From Octopus bimaculoides (lineage: Eukaryota), in contig NC_068989.1 in NCBI RefSeq assembly GCF_001194135.2, positions 13,396,770 through 13,460,769 on the forward strand: a DNA stretch of 64,000 nt, read 5' to 3'. Both the position numbers and the translations under genes were made by a program. The notes below the pieces were generated by a model. That model saw only the letters and a program-made list of their open reading frames with translations. It made no database searches and was not told the origin of the DNA. This document shows positions 51,880-64,000 of the stretch, piece after piece; position 1 is the stretch's first letter; every line of letters starts with the position of its first letter.

Positions 51880-52790
51880 GGCAATAAATTACCTTATTCC
51901 ACTTGGTTAGCATCTTGTACTTGATCATAAATACCTAATAATTAACTCTCCTTCTTTCTTCAAACTCTACACTGAATCATTTCATTCAACGACTTCCTTT
52001 CTTTCAAAAATTAACCGTCTTCAATATATACATTCTTCTGTCCAAGTTCAATACCGGAAATTCTTTATTCTTTTTTTTATTACAGAATATTTAGATAGTC
52101 ATCCTCTTTTTGTGTACAGTGTTTCACCGATCCTTGCTCTCCATCTTTACAATCATAAATTCTAATAAGTGTCCTGTCCCTCTAGTCTTCCATAATTCCT
52201 TCAGATGTAGCACTACGTTTATAGCTAAAATTCTCTCGCTTTTCTATCTCACGCATCTATTTCATCTTCCATTCGATATCATTATTAACCATTTTATAAT
52301 GCATGACGTCATTCACTCTCGTGTTGACTGCATTTATCAATTTCTTTTAAGTTTTGACTTCAATGGCTGTTTTAATCCTTTCGTGCATGTTGTCTTCGAT
52401 TTTTCTTTCATTTCCTTTCTGCAAGATGTCATGAAGTTCTACACGTCTACGCATATGTAACCGTAGTCATCAAATTCTAAAATCTGATCTTCCGATAAAA
52501 CTATTCCGTTAAAACGGGGTCTTTTCTCTCCCTTTCTTTCTCACTAAAGTTGTACATGTTGATACACACCACACTCCAAACATATATCGTTTCAACAAAT
52601 GAATTAGCTACTTTCTCCAGCTTGATGAATATGTCTAAGTCAACCATGAAAAATATTCGATTTAGGGAAGTTGTTTTTATCCCTTTTTTGCACCCCAAGT
52701 TGAGTTTTCTAAGTAGAATTTCGTTGGGATTAAGCATGATAAAACGAATGAAAGAACAGGGAAGTATGAATTTCCCTCTTTAGCAGGTTT
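51880..52790 (-). mobile_element. decayed R4/Dong-like (RLE clade) non-LTR retrotransposon, RT and thumb region
   Basis: Collinear frameshifted motifs: ILLRKLNLG..LNRIFFMVDLDIFIK (cf. INHLLFMDDLKLYAK), KEMKEK...LKSKL, INAVNT, RTLIRIYDC, LKKEGELII. Confidence 0.75.
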
Positions 52791-53340
52791 TATTATTTTT
52801 ATTTATTAGGTCGTTATTTACATCGAAACGGAAATTTATTGTATGTTCGTTGTTTTGCAATTCATTGTGTTATTTGTTTTGTTATTGTAATTTATTGTTG
52901 TACATTTTGTTGCGAAATCAACCAGGACACCAAGCGGCTGGTTGCTTTCTTGGCTTTTGGATCTAAAAGTTAAAATGTTTACCTATATATTTAGATAGTT
53001 TGCTATTATTTAGTTACTTTCTTAATCAGTAAGCGATGTAATTTGTTAGTCAGTGTGTATTTATTTAGAAGATGTCATGTATCTTTGGAGAATGGTTGGA
53101 TAAATTTAGGGAGGCCTGAGTGATCTTTCATAAAATGATTATCAATGAATGCGTATACCGAAGTGAGAGTCTCAATATGCCCTGCTAGAAAAATCATGCC
53201 GATGTATGTGTATATATGTGTGTGTATGTGTATGTGTACGCTCGCGCGTGTGTTTGTGTGTGTGCGTATGTGTGTGTGTGTGTGTGGAACTGAACGAAGT
53301 GGCGGCGGCAGCAGTGACTACAGGAACAGCAGGTGCAGGA

Positions 53341-53414
53341 GTAGTAGTGGTAGTGGTGGTAGTGATGGTGGTGGTGGTGGTGTTAGTAGTAGTAGTAGCA
53401 GTAGTAGTAGAAGA

Positions 53415-53453
<39 letters not shown>

Positions 53454-53529
53454 CGTCGTGGCGGCGGCGGAGGGGGTAGTAGTAGTAGTAGTAGATGCGG
53501 TCGTAGTGGTGGTGTTGGTGTTGTTGCTG

Positions 53530-53565
<36 letters not shown>

Positions 53566-53697
53566 GATGCGGTCGTGATGGTGGTGGTGGAGGTGGTAGT
53601 AGTAGTAGTAGTAGTAATAGATGCGGTCGTGGTGATAGTAGTTGTTGTAGTAGTAGATGCGGTCGTGGTGGTGGTACTGGTGTTGGTCGTGGTAGTG

Positions 53698-53740
<43 letters not shown>

Positions 53741-53741
53741 C

Positions 53742-53775
<34 letters not shown>
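53341..53775. repeat. (GTA)n/(GTG)n array with higher-order AGATGCGGTCGT units
   Basis: Direct; the AGATGCGGTCGT spacer recurs four times. Confidence 0.95.
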
Positions 53776-55280
53776 GTGGATGTGGCAGTCGAGGTAGCAG
53801 CCAGCGGAGACAAAAGTAACAGCGGCGGCAGCACTAGTGATCGTAGTGAATTTGAAAAGAGAGACCTTCGTCAGTGAAATAAAATAAAATAAAATACAAT
53901 AAAATAAAAACAAAATAAAATAAAAAGAAATAATCTCCAGTGAATGTCACCGCTTAAACCATTCGTCTTCTGTTCCTTATGTAACGTATCCTTTTGTTTA
54001 TCATCATATTTCTCATTCATACAAAAAACGGGCACCGGTTTCAATTGAAAAAAGACAACGGCAAAAAAGGTACAAAAAACATGAAGCAAAACAAAAAGAA
54101 ATAATAAAAGAAAAACAGCGGTTTTTGGAAAATAAATAGACAGACGGCAGCAGTTATAAACGAGACGTATGTAGAATCAATTTAATTTGATAATAATTAT
54201 ATTAGCCAGTCTTACAAGGAGCGCCCTTTCAACGAATGGAGATGTGATTCTGTGTTTTGTCTTATAGCCTTCAGCTGCAAATTATACAATATTTCATATG
54301 GAGGCATTTTTGTTTTTTTCGTTTTCAGTTTTTGCTTTCTACATTTCATTTTACCATATGTATGTTTTGATTTCGATTTTTGTTCTTATGTTTGTATATT
54401 TTTTTGCGTTACTCCCCCACCCCTACTCTATAGAGTTATAACTGGTTCTTCTTATTTCGGTGTGTTGCTTGTGTATAAAGCACCTGTGTTACAATCCTTC
54501 TTCGTCTACTACCTGCTGTTACAGGAAATACCATTGGAAAGACTAGCAACCGTTCCTTTTATGTTATGTTTTTTTTATTTTTATTCACGAAAACAACATA
54601 ATCGTATTTACATATTCATATGAATGAGTTGGTCATTGTTTTCATAAATAACACCGAAGATAATCGTGATATTTTGAAAGAAGGATGCAGTGTTTGTGAG
54701 ACGCATGCCCATACTTCGCAGAATGAATCAGTTCCTAGTTGAACTTACGTACACACGCATATTTGTACACAAATACAAGCACACAAAACAAATAGCAACC
54801 TTCACATACACACACACACACGAACACACGCATACATACATATCTGTGAACATTACAATTTTTCAAGCTAAAATGACTCTAAAAGTTACTTGGTGGCTTT
54901 GGATTTCGTGTATAGCTCACGTCAAAACAAACATTTTCGGAAAACGCAAGGATCTTTACCCTTTGAATGGCACATCGAGAAATTAATTTTTTGTAATTAA
55001 ACACTTTCAAACTTCGGACGTTGGTAGAATGTGTCATATAAAACATCTTTTAATCTTAGTACAGTTGAGAAAAGTTTGCACGAACGGTTGTGGTGGTGTC
55101 ATGAAGTAAACATGCTTCAGCTACACTCGTTTATTTATACAAACGTAACTGAGATGAAATATATCATAAATAACAGTGACAAACGAAATATACACCGCCG
55201 GAAGTTGTTGTTGACAAACAACAGTAATAATTTTATTCAGCTGAATACATATGTGAACGCATACGTACATATACATAGAC

Positions 55281-55332
<52 letters not shown>

Positions 55333-55456
55333 TTGCATATATGTACATACACACACATATGTGAACGGATACATACATATACATAGACATATGTATATAT
55401 GTATATANNNNNNNNNNNNNNNNNNNNNNNNNNNNNNNNNNNNNNNNNNNNNNNNN

Positions 55457-55504
<48 letters not shown>

Positions 55505-56074
55505 ATATATATATATACATATATTGTACATACATATGTGTGTATCTTGTGAGAGGGCATATTTGGATGGATGGATGTGTGTATGTACATATATATATAA
55601 CGTATTTCAGAATGCTCATCTAAGTTTTCTAACCGAGATTTCCTCTAATCAGTAATGATTCCATACTTAAGCATTGACTGTCGAAATTATAAAGAGGAAG
55701 TTGCGTAGCGTTAAAGTAGCTTACGAGATGAATTAACTATTTAAACGCTGCGAAATGGGCTGCTGTGAGGCTATAACTGTGACATATCTTAACATATTTT
55801 GATATGGTTTACATATTGTCTAGTAAAAGCTTTATTTAGTAAAGGACCTGAGATGTGATAATGCCACGCCTTACATACTTTTCCTTCGGGAATTAATGGC
55901 AGACATATAGTGCAATAGATTTAGCTGATTGATGTAGCTGTATAGCTGTGTAAGAAGACTTTACTTCGCACAGTAAGCTGATTCCCATATGGTAGACATC
56001 CTACCAAGTAAGTACTTACTGTTGTAAAAATGAAATTAGTTTATTTGATTGGCTAATAAAGTGCAAGTAAAGGA

Positions 56075-56305
56075 TTTTAGTCTAATATGTTGGTTTCAAA
56101 TTTTGGCTGAAGTCCTGCAAGTTCTACTTACGTGGGATTCCGGGGCCGATTACGTCGACCCCAGTTTCTCTCAAATGGTACTTATTTTATCGGCCCTGAA
56201 AGAGATAAAAAGAAATTCGACATCGGCAGAATTTGAACTCAGGACGTAAAGACGGACGAAATGATGCTAAGCATTTTGTTCGGCATGCTAACGATTCTGC
56301 TAACG
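56075..56305 (-). mobile_element. SINE type B, diverged
   Basis: GGTTTCAAATTTTGGC..GTCGACCCCAG..ATTTGAACTCAGGACG..GCTAACGATTCTGC. Confidence 0.85.
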
Positions 56306-56352
56306 TGTGTCCCTTTTCTAATCAAATATATCATCACCGCTAGGGTCTAAGT

Positions 56353-56520
56353 CAGTGGTCCTCAACCAGGGACCATCTGGCCCCTGAGAGTCCATATAAG
56401 ATTTTTGGGTTCCAAATAACGAAATAGTAAATTGGGGATCCACATTAATATGTTAAGGGCCCCTGCAAAAATTTTGTTTTAGATGTGTGTATTGGCCTTT
56501 ATTGCAAGGAACAGCTAGAT
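56353..56520 (+). mobile_element. hAT (Charlie-like) MITE relic
   Basis: Starts CAGTGGTCCTCAACC, similar to the CAGTGGTTCTCAAC terminus of Charlie-type hATs. Right end not resolved. Confidence 0.5.
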
Positions 56521-57434
56521 TTCTTTCTCGCACGTTTCACATGATATATCAGCTGTGGGGTACGTGTGTTAGAGAAGGAGAGACGCCGTGATGGTCTGAC
56601 TTCTCCTCATCGATGCCCACGTATTGTAACAATTTTGTAAGCAAGTTTGTAAGTCTGATAATAGTCTGGTTAGTTTTAAAAGTTATTGCACCAAGTAGAC
56701 TTATGCTCCTTGGTTTCTCTTAAGTGCTCTCTCGTTCGACCACATTAAAAACAGGGCATTTTTTAATACATCTGTATAAGGATTTTTAAATTGTGTCTCA
56801 TACGCCGGCAGATAGGTACATACACGCATATATTCAAGCATGCATGTATACAGAGAACGATATAGTATATTCCGGTCGAGGTACTTTTATAGGATTTGAG
56901 AGAGTGAGAGAGAGAGAGAGAGAGAGAGTGTGTGGGGGGGGGGAAATATAGGTAGAGAGATGAACAAACAATCAAATATAAAGAAAGGGAAAAAAAGGAA
57001 CGAAGAGTGGAAGAAATAATCAGGCGAATATAAAGGCTAATAAGAAACACAAACAGAAACAGGGATTGTGAAGGTGTTGAACGAATCAATTCACATGGCG
57101 CAGCTGTCGTACTTCTCAAGGATTCTGCCTACATCCCGCATTAATAATGATAATTATTGGGATGGTAATGATAATAAAAATCGCTTATTCGGGCTGCAAG
57201 CTGAGTGACGAAAACATTTTGAATGCACTCCTTCATTTTCCTGGGATTGATGGCTTATGAAGTTATGTTATATTTAAGACGTATCCGGTTGTGATCCAAA
57301 TCCATAACGAGGAGATTTTCCTACTTTCAATTTCGTCAGAAATTTCTCTGCTTGGTGACTATGACAGGACGAATTGCATGGCGGTGAAGATTAACACAAA
57401 TGAAGAGTCAATATATTCTAGTCCATGTCCATAC

Positions 57435-57554
57435 CTTTATCAGTTCCTGCAAGTGCCACATGGAAAAGAATGTGGTTGTGGAGAGTAAGAAGACTGGTCA
57501 TTATGGTAAATTTGGCCCAAGTGAACGAGCCTTCATTCAGTATACTCTTGAAGG
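57435..57554 (-). CDS. candidate 120-nt exon (phase 1-1)
   Basis: TCCATATTTTCTAG|..GATAAAG|GTATGG, reading FKSILNEGSFTWAKFTIMTSLLTLHNHILFHVALAGTDK. Confidence 0.4.
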
Positions 57555-57964
57555 CTAGAAAATATGGATGTAATAGTTAACGTACCTTTGTCAGTAAAGG
57601 TGACACGAAAACTGCGAGTTGTCTTACTCACTTTAAGTAGCTGTCATATTGGGATTTATCCATTCATTTCACTAATCGTCTGCCGCTCGTCCTTATAACA
57701 AAGAACAAAGCGTATATAGGTCAGTCAGCGAGTTGATAGAATTGTTAGTACCATAAATAAAGAGGAGAATAGCTTCTTTGCTTTTTACCTTTTCTCTTTT
57801 ATTTTGCCTTTTCTGTTCAAAAGCCACTGTGTTCTACTTTGTCTTAAAATACTTTCGAGAAGATCGATAAAATAAATACTGTTTGAGTGCGGTGACGATG
57901 AAATCGAATTCCCTTTCCTTTCAAATTGATGGCCATGTCAATGTTAGTAAGAAATATCAATGAA

Positions 57965-58120
57965 AATTAGTATTTTCTGAGTTCACAAGCCGCTGATGTC
58001 AACCTCGTCATTTATCTTTGCGGGGGTCGATAAAATAAGTACAAGAGATGAGCGCTGAGGTCGACTTTCTAGACAAACCTTCCGGCCGTCAAAATTTTAG
58101 CCCTTGTAACTATAAGCTAT
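57965..58120 (+). mobile_element. SINE type B, highly diverged
   Basis: CTGAGTTCACAAGCCGC..TCTTTGCGGGGTCGATAAAATAAGTAC..AAAATTTTAGCCCTTGT. Confidence 0.65.
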
Positions 58121-58529
58121 AGCAGAAAATCTATTGTAATTATTAAGAACAAATAATAATTTATCCTAGAACAGGAAGTGTGAGTAATATGAAATGAATT
58201 CTTCACAGACGAAGCAATATTTCCGAAAACAGACGCGCATCCATCACAGAGGATGATCAAAATGAGATCGAAATGACGTGAGCTGATGGTCTCCGAACTG
58301 GAATATTTGGGGATTCTCTCCCCGCTTGCAATATGTATTGAGGGTGAAGCGTACTGAATAACTAGCTGTAAGAGGAGTCCTACTGGGCTTAAAAATGCAG
58401 TATCATTTGTTCTTATAGAACACCCACGTTCAGGTAGCGATAGCTATATAATTTATTGATCTTTCAATATTTGGCTAGAGAATTTGAGGAAGAATATTAG
58501 AAGTAATTGAGAATATATGAATTCTGGGC

Positions 58530-58563
58530 AATGATGACGACGACGACGACGACAACGACGAGA

Positions 58564-58611
<48 letters not shown>

Positions 58612-58650
58612 ATGGTGATGATAATGAGGATGATGATGGTGACGACGACG
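58530..58650. repeat. (GAC)n/(GAT)n trinucleotide tract
   Basis: Direct. Confidence 0.95.
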
Positions 58651-58659
58651 ATGGAACGC

Positions 58660-59930
58660 TGGCAATTTAGGATGAAAAAATGTTTGCAGTTAGGTTGTCA
58701 ATTGTGAAATGTTAGCAGCAATCGCAGCAATGGTAAAATGCTGTTTAGATGAAGATTATGAACTACGAGCAGTTGTGTTAATGAAGAAATACCGGAACAA
58801 AACGAGACGATGATAAATTCCGGAAGTCAGAGGAATAGCAGTGATATATGAGCAGTCGCCATATTACTTGTCAAATACGAGAAGTTGTGTAATGATTGCA
58901 TAATATTGATTATTGTGAAATATATGCAGTCATAGTGTTGATAGGGAAAATTGAACAATGTCGAAGATGATGGTGAAATGTTGACTGATTGTATGGATAT
59001 TTTATTTACTATTTCTAACAGGCCGTGCACCATTATGAAGTCCTGGTTAGCACTATATCGGTTAGTACTATTATTGAGGATGATAAAATATCGAACCGAT
59101 GTCATCTTTGTATTTCGTCCCTTGGGTACGTTAAAATAAGTACCAGTCAGTTAAATCGACCAGACACTTTCTGAGAAATTTAAACGATTTCATCGACGAA
59201 TCCTGCCCCCCTGATATTTAATGTATTTTGCTTATTTTAGACGAAATGGTGGTGCCAGTAATGCGATGATGGTGAAATATGGGTAGACATGCAGATTATA
59301 GTTAATGGCCGACAATAATGGCTCCGATCGTGAAATTTTAGTGGCGATTACAATACTGACCTTGTAAGTGTTATTGACATGTAATGGTAGTAGAATTAAT
59401 ACCAATAGTGACATTTGTAGTAATTACAACAGGGAAATGTTGGCATTAATAGTAATGGTAGTTGAATTTTCTCTCCTAATGATTGTGTTATTGAAATATT
59501 GAAAATATTGACAGTGATGTTAATGACTGAGAGAGGTTGGCAGACATAGTAATGATCGTGAAATGTTAGCAGTCATGTTATCTATGTTGAAATGTTGGCA
59601 ACCATTGTGACGAGGATGAAATGTTGGCAGCGACAACTACGAAGGTGACATGATGTACTTTATAGTGTTAAGTGTAAAATATTGCCAGATAAGGTGAGGG
59701 TTGTGTAATGATTCTAGTCAGGATAACAATGGCGTAAAAAAAGCTAACAAACAATGGTTAATGACTGTGAAGTATTTGTAATAAAGAGGACGGTGGTAAA
59801 ATGTTTGGTAGTACTAATAAAATAAAATTTTGGCAGTAATGGTATCGATTTTAAACTGTTGGCATTAATAGTGACAGATTCATTGGTGGTATTATTGTAT
59901 TTGATATTGACAGTGGTGCTGAAATAGCAT
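58660..59930 (+). repeat. cryptic degenerate minisatellite (TGAAATGTTGGCAG-like motif)
   Basis: The motif recurs many times with variable spacing. Confidence 0.6.
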
Positions 59931-60486
59931 CCATTTTCCTCTATTATTCTACGTATTAAATTTCAAATTTTTCAAAAGCTATTTTGGGAAAATTTAACAA
60001 AAGAATTTTTCAATATGAAACTTCTTTGTTTATTTTTTTCCCCCAACATCTCTATAATTCTTATAGTGGTTAATTACATTTCTTTGTTTTAAAGTTCAAA
60101 GAATCCACAAAAGTTTACCTTATGGAATCATATATATTTTCCAGCATTTCTAGATCTCAGAATATATATACGCCCTTTCTTTTGTCTTCAATTGCTTTAC
60201 GACTTTCGCTGTACGTTTTTCTTCGACTTCCTTACTTCTCCTTTGTGTGTTTCCTCACTCGGTTTTTTTTTTCTTTTGGAAGCGATTATTGTTACTTCCG
60301 ATGACACAAAAGCGCGCTCACACACACAAACACCTACACAGGATCACAGACAATCAAGCATACACGTGCATGTATATAAATTGACATGGAAATATAGGTG
60401 CGAGTACATCTATGTGTGTAGCATTTTGTGTATATGTATACATCTTGTATATGTAGTATGTTGCTAAATATATACGTACTTATACA

Positions 60487-60537
<51 letters not shown>

Positions 60538-61321
60538 CACGCATATATAAATATATATATGTGTGTGTATTGTATTTATCTATGTATGTATGTGTGTGTG
60601 TATGTATGTATGTATGTATGTATGTATGTGTGTGTGCATTGTAGTTATGTATGTATATCGTTCTTATATTAAATTTTTCCTTTCTGCTATTGTTCCTATT
60701 TTGTTTCCATTTCTAAGTCTTCTTTATTAAGTTACATTCTAATTGTTAATATTTTTTTAATTATTCACCAATTGATTTTGTGTATTTCTATTCATTTCAT
60801 CATTGTCTCGTTGTTGACATCGCAAATTTATTGTCTCTTGTTGTATATATATATATATATATNNNNNNNNNNNNNNNNNNNNNNNNNNNNNNNNNNNNNN
60901 NNNNNNNNNNNNNNNNNNNNNNNNNNNNNNNNNNNNNNNNNNNNNNNNNNNNNNNNNNNNNNNNNNNNNNNNNNNNNNNNNNNNNNNNNNNNNNNNNNNN
61001 NNNNNNNNNNNNNNNNNNNNNNNNNNNNNNNNNNNNNNNNNNNNNNNNNNNNNNNNNNNNNNNNNNNNNNNNNNNNNNNNNNNNNNNNNNNNNNNNNNNN
61101 NNNNNNNNNNNNNNNNNNNNNNNNNNNNNNNNNNNNNNNNNNNNNNNNNNNNNNNNNNNNNNNNNNNNNNNNNNNNNNNNNNNNNNNNNNNNNNNNNNNN
61201 NNNNNNNNNNNNNNNNNNNNNNNNNNNNNNNNNNNNNNNNNNNNNNNNNNNNNNNNNNNNNNNNNNNNNNNNNNNNNNNNNNNNNNNNNNNNNNNNNNNN
61301 NNNNNNNNNNNNNNNNNNATA

Positions 61322-61645
61322 TTTACTCTTTTACTCTTTTACTTGTTTCAGCCACTTGATTGTGGCCATGCTGGAGCACCTCCTTTAGTCGAGATAATCG
61401 ACCTATTCTTTGTTAGCCTAGTACTTATTCTATCGGTCTCTTTTTGCCGAACCGCTAAGTTACGGGGACGTAAAAACACCAGTATCGGTTGTCAAGCGAT
61501 GGTGGGGGACAAACACAGACACACAAACACACACACACACACACATATATATATACATATATACGACGGGCTTCTTTCAATTTCCGTCTACCAAATCCAC
61601 TCACAAGGCTTTGGTCGGCCCTAGGCTATAGTAGAAGACACTTGC
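61322..61645 (-). mobile_element. SINE type A, lacking its head
   Basis: Type A tail and body up to AGAAGACACTTGC. Confidence 0.9.
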
Positions 61646-61778
61646 TCATATATGTGTTGTCGTGTTTGCGTTTCTCCTCCACACACCGTTTGGCAACCAG
61701 TCACAGACAGATAAACACGCACACGCACGCTCGCATGCATACCCACATTCACACAAACACACACACACACACACGCAT

Positions 61779-61856
<78 letters not shown>

Positions 61857-61929
61857 GTTCACGTTTGGCGACAGGTTGCAGAAGCTCGTCCTTACCTAAC
61901 CACTTCTTATGTACGTTATGATTGTAGAA

Positions 61930-62125
61930 AAATATTGGATTATTGCACGCTCCAGTTCATGGCTCACTTGCTGTTCTCGAGACTCTTCATCACCCGATAT
62001 CTGGTGGAAGCTTCTGTGAAGTCCTCGCCTCGAAGGACAAGAACTAGTATGAGCGTGGAATCAAAGGACTGACCGAAGTTTGGCTTCAAACGATCCAACA
62101 CGATGACCTCTAGTTTGAATGCTAG
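61930..62125 (+). mobile_element. mariner transposase C-terminal relic
   Basis: SPDI remnant near 61990 and ASKDKN*YERGIKGLTEVWLQTIQHDDL*FE (62027-62119), matching mariner C-termini; in-frame stops. Confidence 0.75.
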
Positions 62126-62914
62126 GCCACGGAGAAAGCTAACAAGATATCAATATATTGCTAAACTTTTGGCTCAACACAATACATTTCCACACTTTGA
62201 TTACAATAATTACATCAAAACATCATTTGTGAACATGTGTCAATCATTCCTTTTCTTTGTTTAATATGTCTATTTTTTATTTTTATATCTTTCTCTGGCA
62301 TCTGTCAATTTTTTCTCATTGTCTTATGGATGTTCCTTACTTATGCAGTTGAAGCATTTTACCCCAATACAATTCGTTTCACTTTTTCTATTCTCCTTCA
62401 TACGCACACTCGCACATACACATTTGTTTTCATGCAAAATCATTCGTTTTATTCCAACACCTTCTGCAGCTTCATTAGTTATACTCTATTTGCCACGTCA
62501 CTAATACTAATCTCTTTATGCCGTGTTCAGCATGTGTAACACAACACTAAACTCAGATCGGTTTGTTTTCAAAGCAGGTTTTCGTGATGCGAATATAAAT
62601 GAGAATGACAGAAGATTACTCCCAATAAGCTTGTGTAACACCTTACTTAATAAGTCGTTTGTTTTACTGGTGAATAGCTGGCATCTACTTTCCTCATTTT
62701 TCTTTTATTTTCCTATTTGTTAATAACTGAGGGATTACAAATCGGTTTCATCAGGTCTGTTTGATAAGAGATTTTATTTTCAATCCGGTCAATTACTTGG
62801 TTTTATATATGCTTAAATATCGATTTCTTTCTATAATGCAACAAAGATAAACGGAATGTAAGCTACCCAAACGATACATAATATACCTATGTGTGTGTGT
62901 ATGCATACACATAG

Positions 62915-62956
<42 letters not shown>

Positions 62957-64000
62957 NNNNNNNNNNNNNNNNNNNNNNNNNNNNNNNNNNNNNNNNNNNN
63001 NNNNNNNNNNNNNNNNNNNNNNNNNNNNNNNNNNNNNNNNNNNNNNNNNNNNNNNNNNNNNNNNNNNNNNNNNNNNNNNNNNNNNNNNNNNNNNNNNNNN
63101 NNNNNNNNNNNNNNNNNNNNNNNNNNNNNNNNNNNNNNNNNNNNNNNNNNNNNNNNNNNNNNNNNNNNNNNNNNNNNNNNNNNNNNNNNNNNNNNNNNAT
63201 ATATATACTATTCATGTACAGACTTACTTACATACACAGACAATGTACAAAAGTGTATGATTGAAAATGAAGCCGATTTAGCATTTACCCAACGAAATAA
63301 ATGTCAGCAATTTGTTCGATTGTAGATTTTGGTAAACAGAGATTTATAGCAGAGCAAATGGTCAAATCCGATATGATGTCGACTTAGCAATAACGACATG
63401 GCTTTCAATTGTTACAAATAGCATAAGCGTAAAATGAATAACGTTTACCATTTAGTTTTAACGCTTCACGTTGCGAGATCAAATTCTATCATAGCTGATG
63501 TACTTTTCATTTTCCACACAATATTTACTACAAATATATGTTTCATTGTTGCCCTAAAGATATAAGCAAATAATACAAGAAATTAATTAGTATACTCTAA
63601 AATTAGTTGAGCATCTCTATGAGTACGATCTTAGAAGACACCTAGTCGACCCATATATGCCCATAAATAATATTCACTATATTTAGATTAAACGTTATGG
63701 TAAGCTTTCACAACCTGGAAGAGAAGGACAGTATGCAACTGTCGACTACCTACTGAACATTTCGTATGCTCAATCAGATGCTTCCCGGTGAGATTATGTC
63801 CAAACTAGTAGGAGCAGGTTTTTCGTTGTGAAAACGCAACCAGGAGTATATATGGGTTAATAGCGTGTATTTAGACATCGTCATACAAGACTTTAGCTTC
63901 TATTGCTATGCAGTGTAAAAATACATTACAAAATGCTTGCAATATATACACTCAGGTAGATCCAATCGACAATAGCCTTCCATCACAAACGAGTAATCTA

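Noticed and set aside
53172-53834. Mucin-like poly-Thr CDS
   Set aside because: The frame runs through a dinucleotide microsatellite, has no signal peptide, and stop-free frames are expected in such repeats.
1-64000. Most entries in the ORF track (poly-YI, HT, CV, LS ORFs and X-containing ORFs)
   Set aside because: They are translations of stop-free microsatellites or N gaps, not genes.
1-64000. CRISPR array, rRNA or prokaryotic operon
   Set aside because: No repeat-spacer array, no rRNA-like sequence and no gene-dense region; the DNA is eukaryotic and repeat-rich.

Overview
This is AT-rich eukaryotic DNA from a fragmented short-read scaffold, with 17 N-gaps mostly flanked by (TA)n. The repeat content looks coleoid cephalopod, probably octopus (inferred, not verified). 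Microsatellites are very dense, and nearly every entry in the supplied ORF track is a microsatellite or N-gap artefact. About 25 tRNA-derived SINE copies fall into four modular types, several with clear target-site duplications. There are decayed relics of Penelope-like (GIY-YIG), R4/Dong-like RLE, APE-type LINE, mariner and hAT elements. No gene could be named. A phase-compatible chain of candidate exons on the minus strand (about 57.5 kb down to 27.8 kb) suggests the window is mostly intron of one unidentified gene, but this is tentative. Three observations stand out. (1) A 319-bp palindrome at 43.1-43.4 kb has a type I hammerhead ribozyme motif with all core nucleotides present on each arm, on opposite strands. 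(2) A Penelope-like element carries a tRNA-like Pol III promoter plus a hammerhead motif in its terminal repeat, and a SINE-like derivative with a 12-bp TSD sits nearby. (3) All four body/tail combinations of two SINE families occur in the window. No rRNA, bona fide tRNA or CRISPR array was found.
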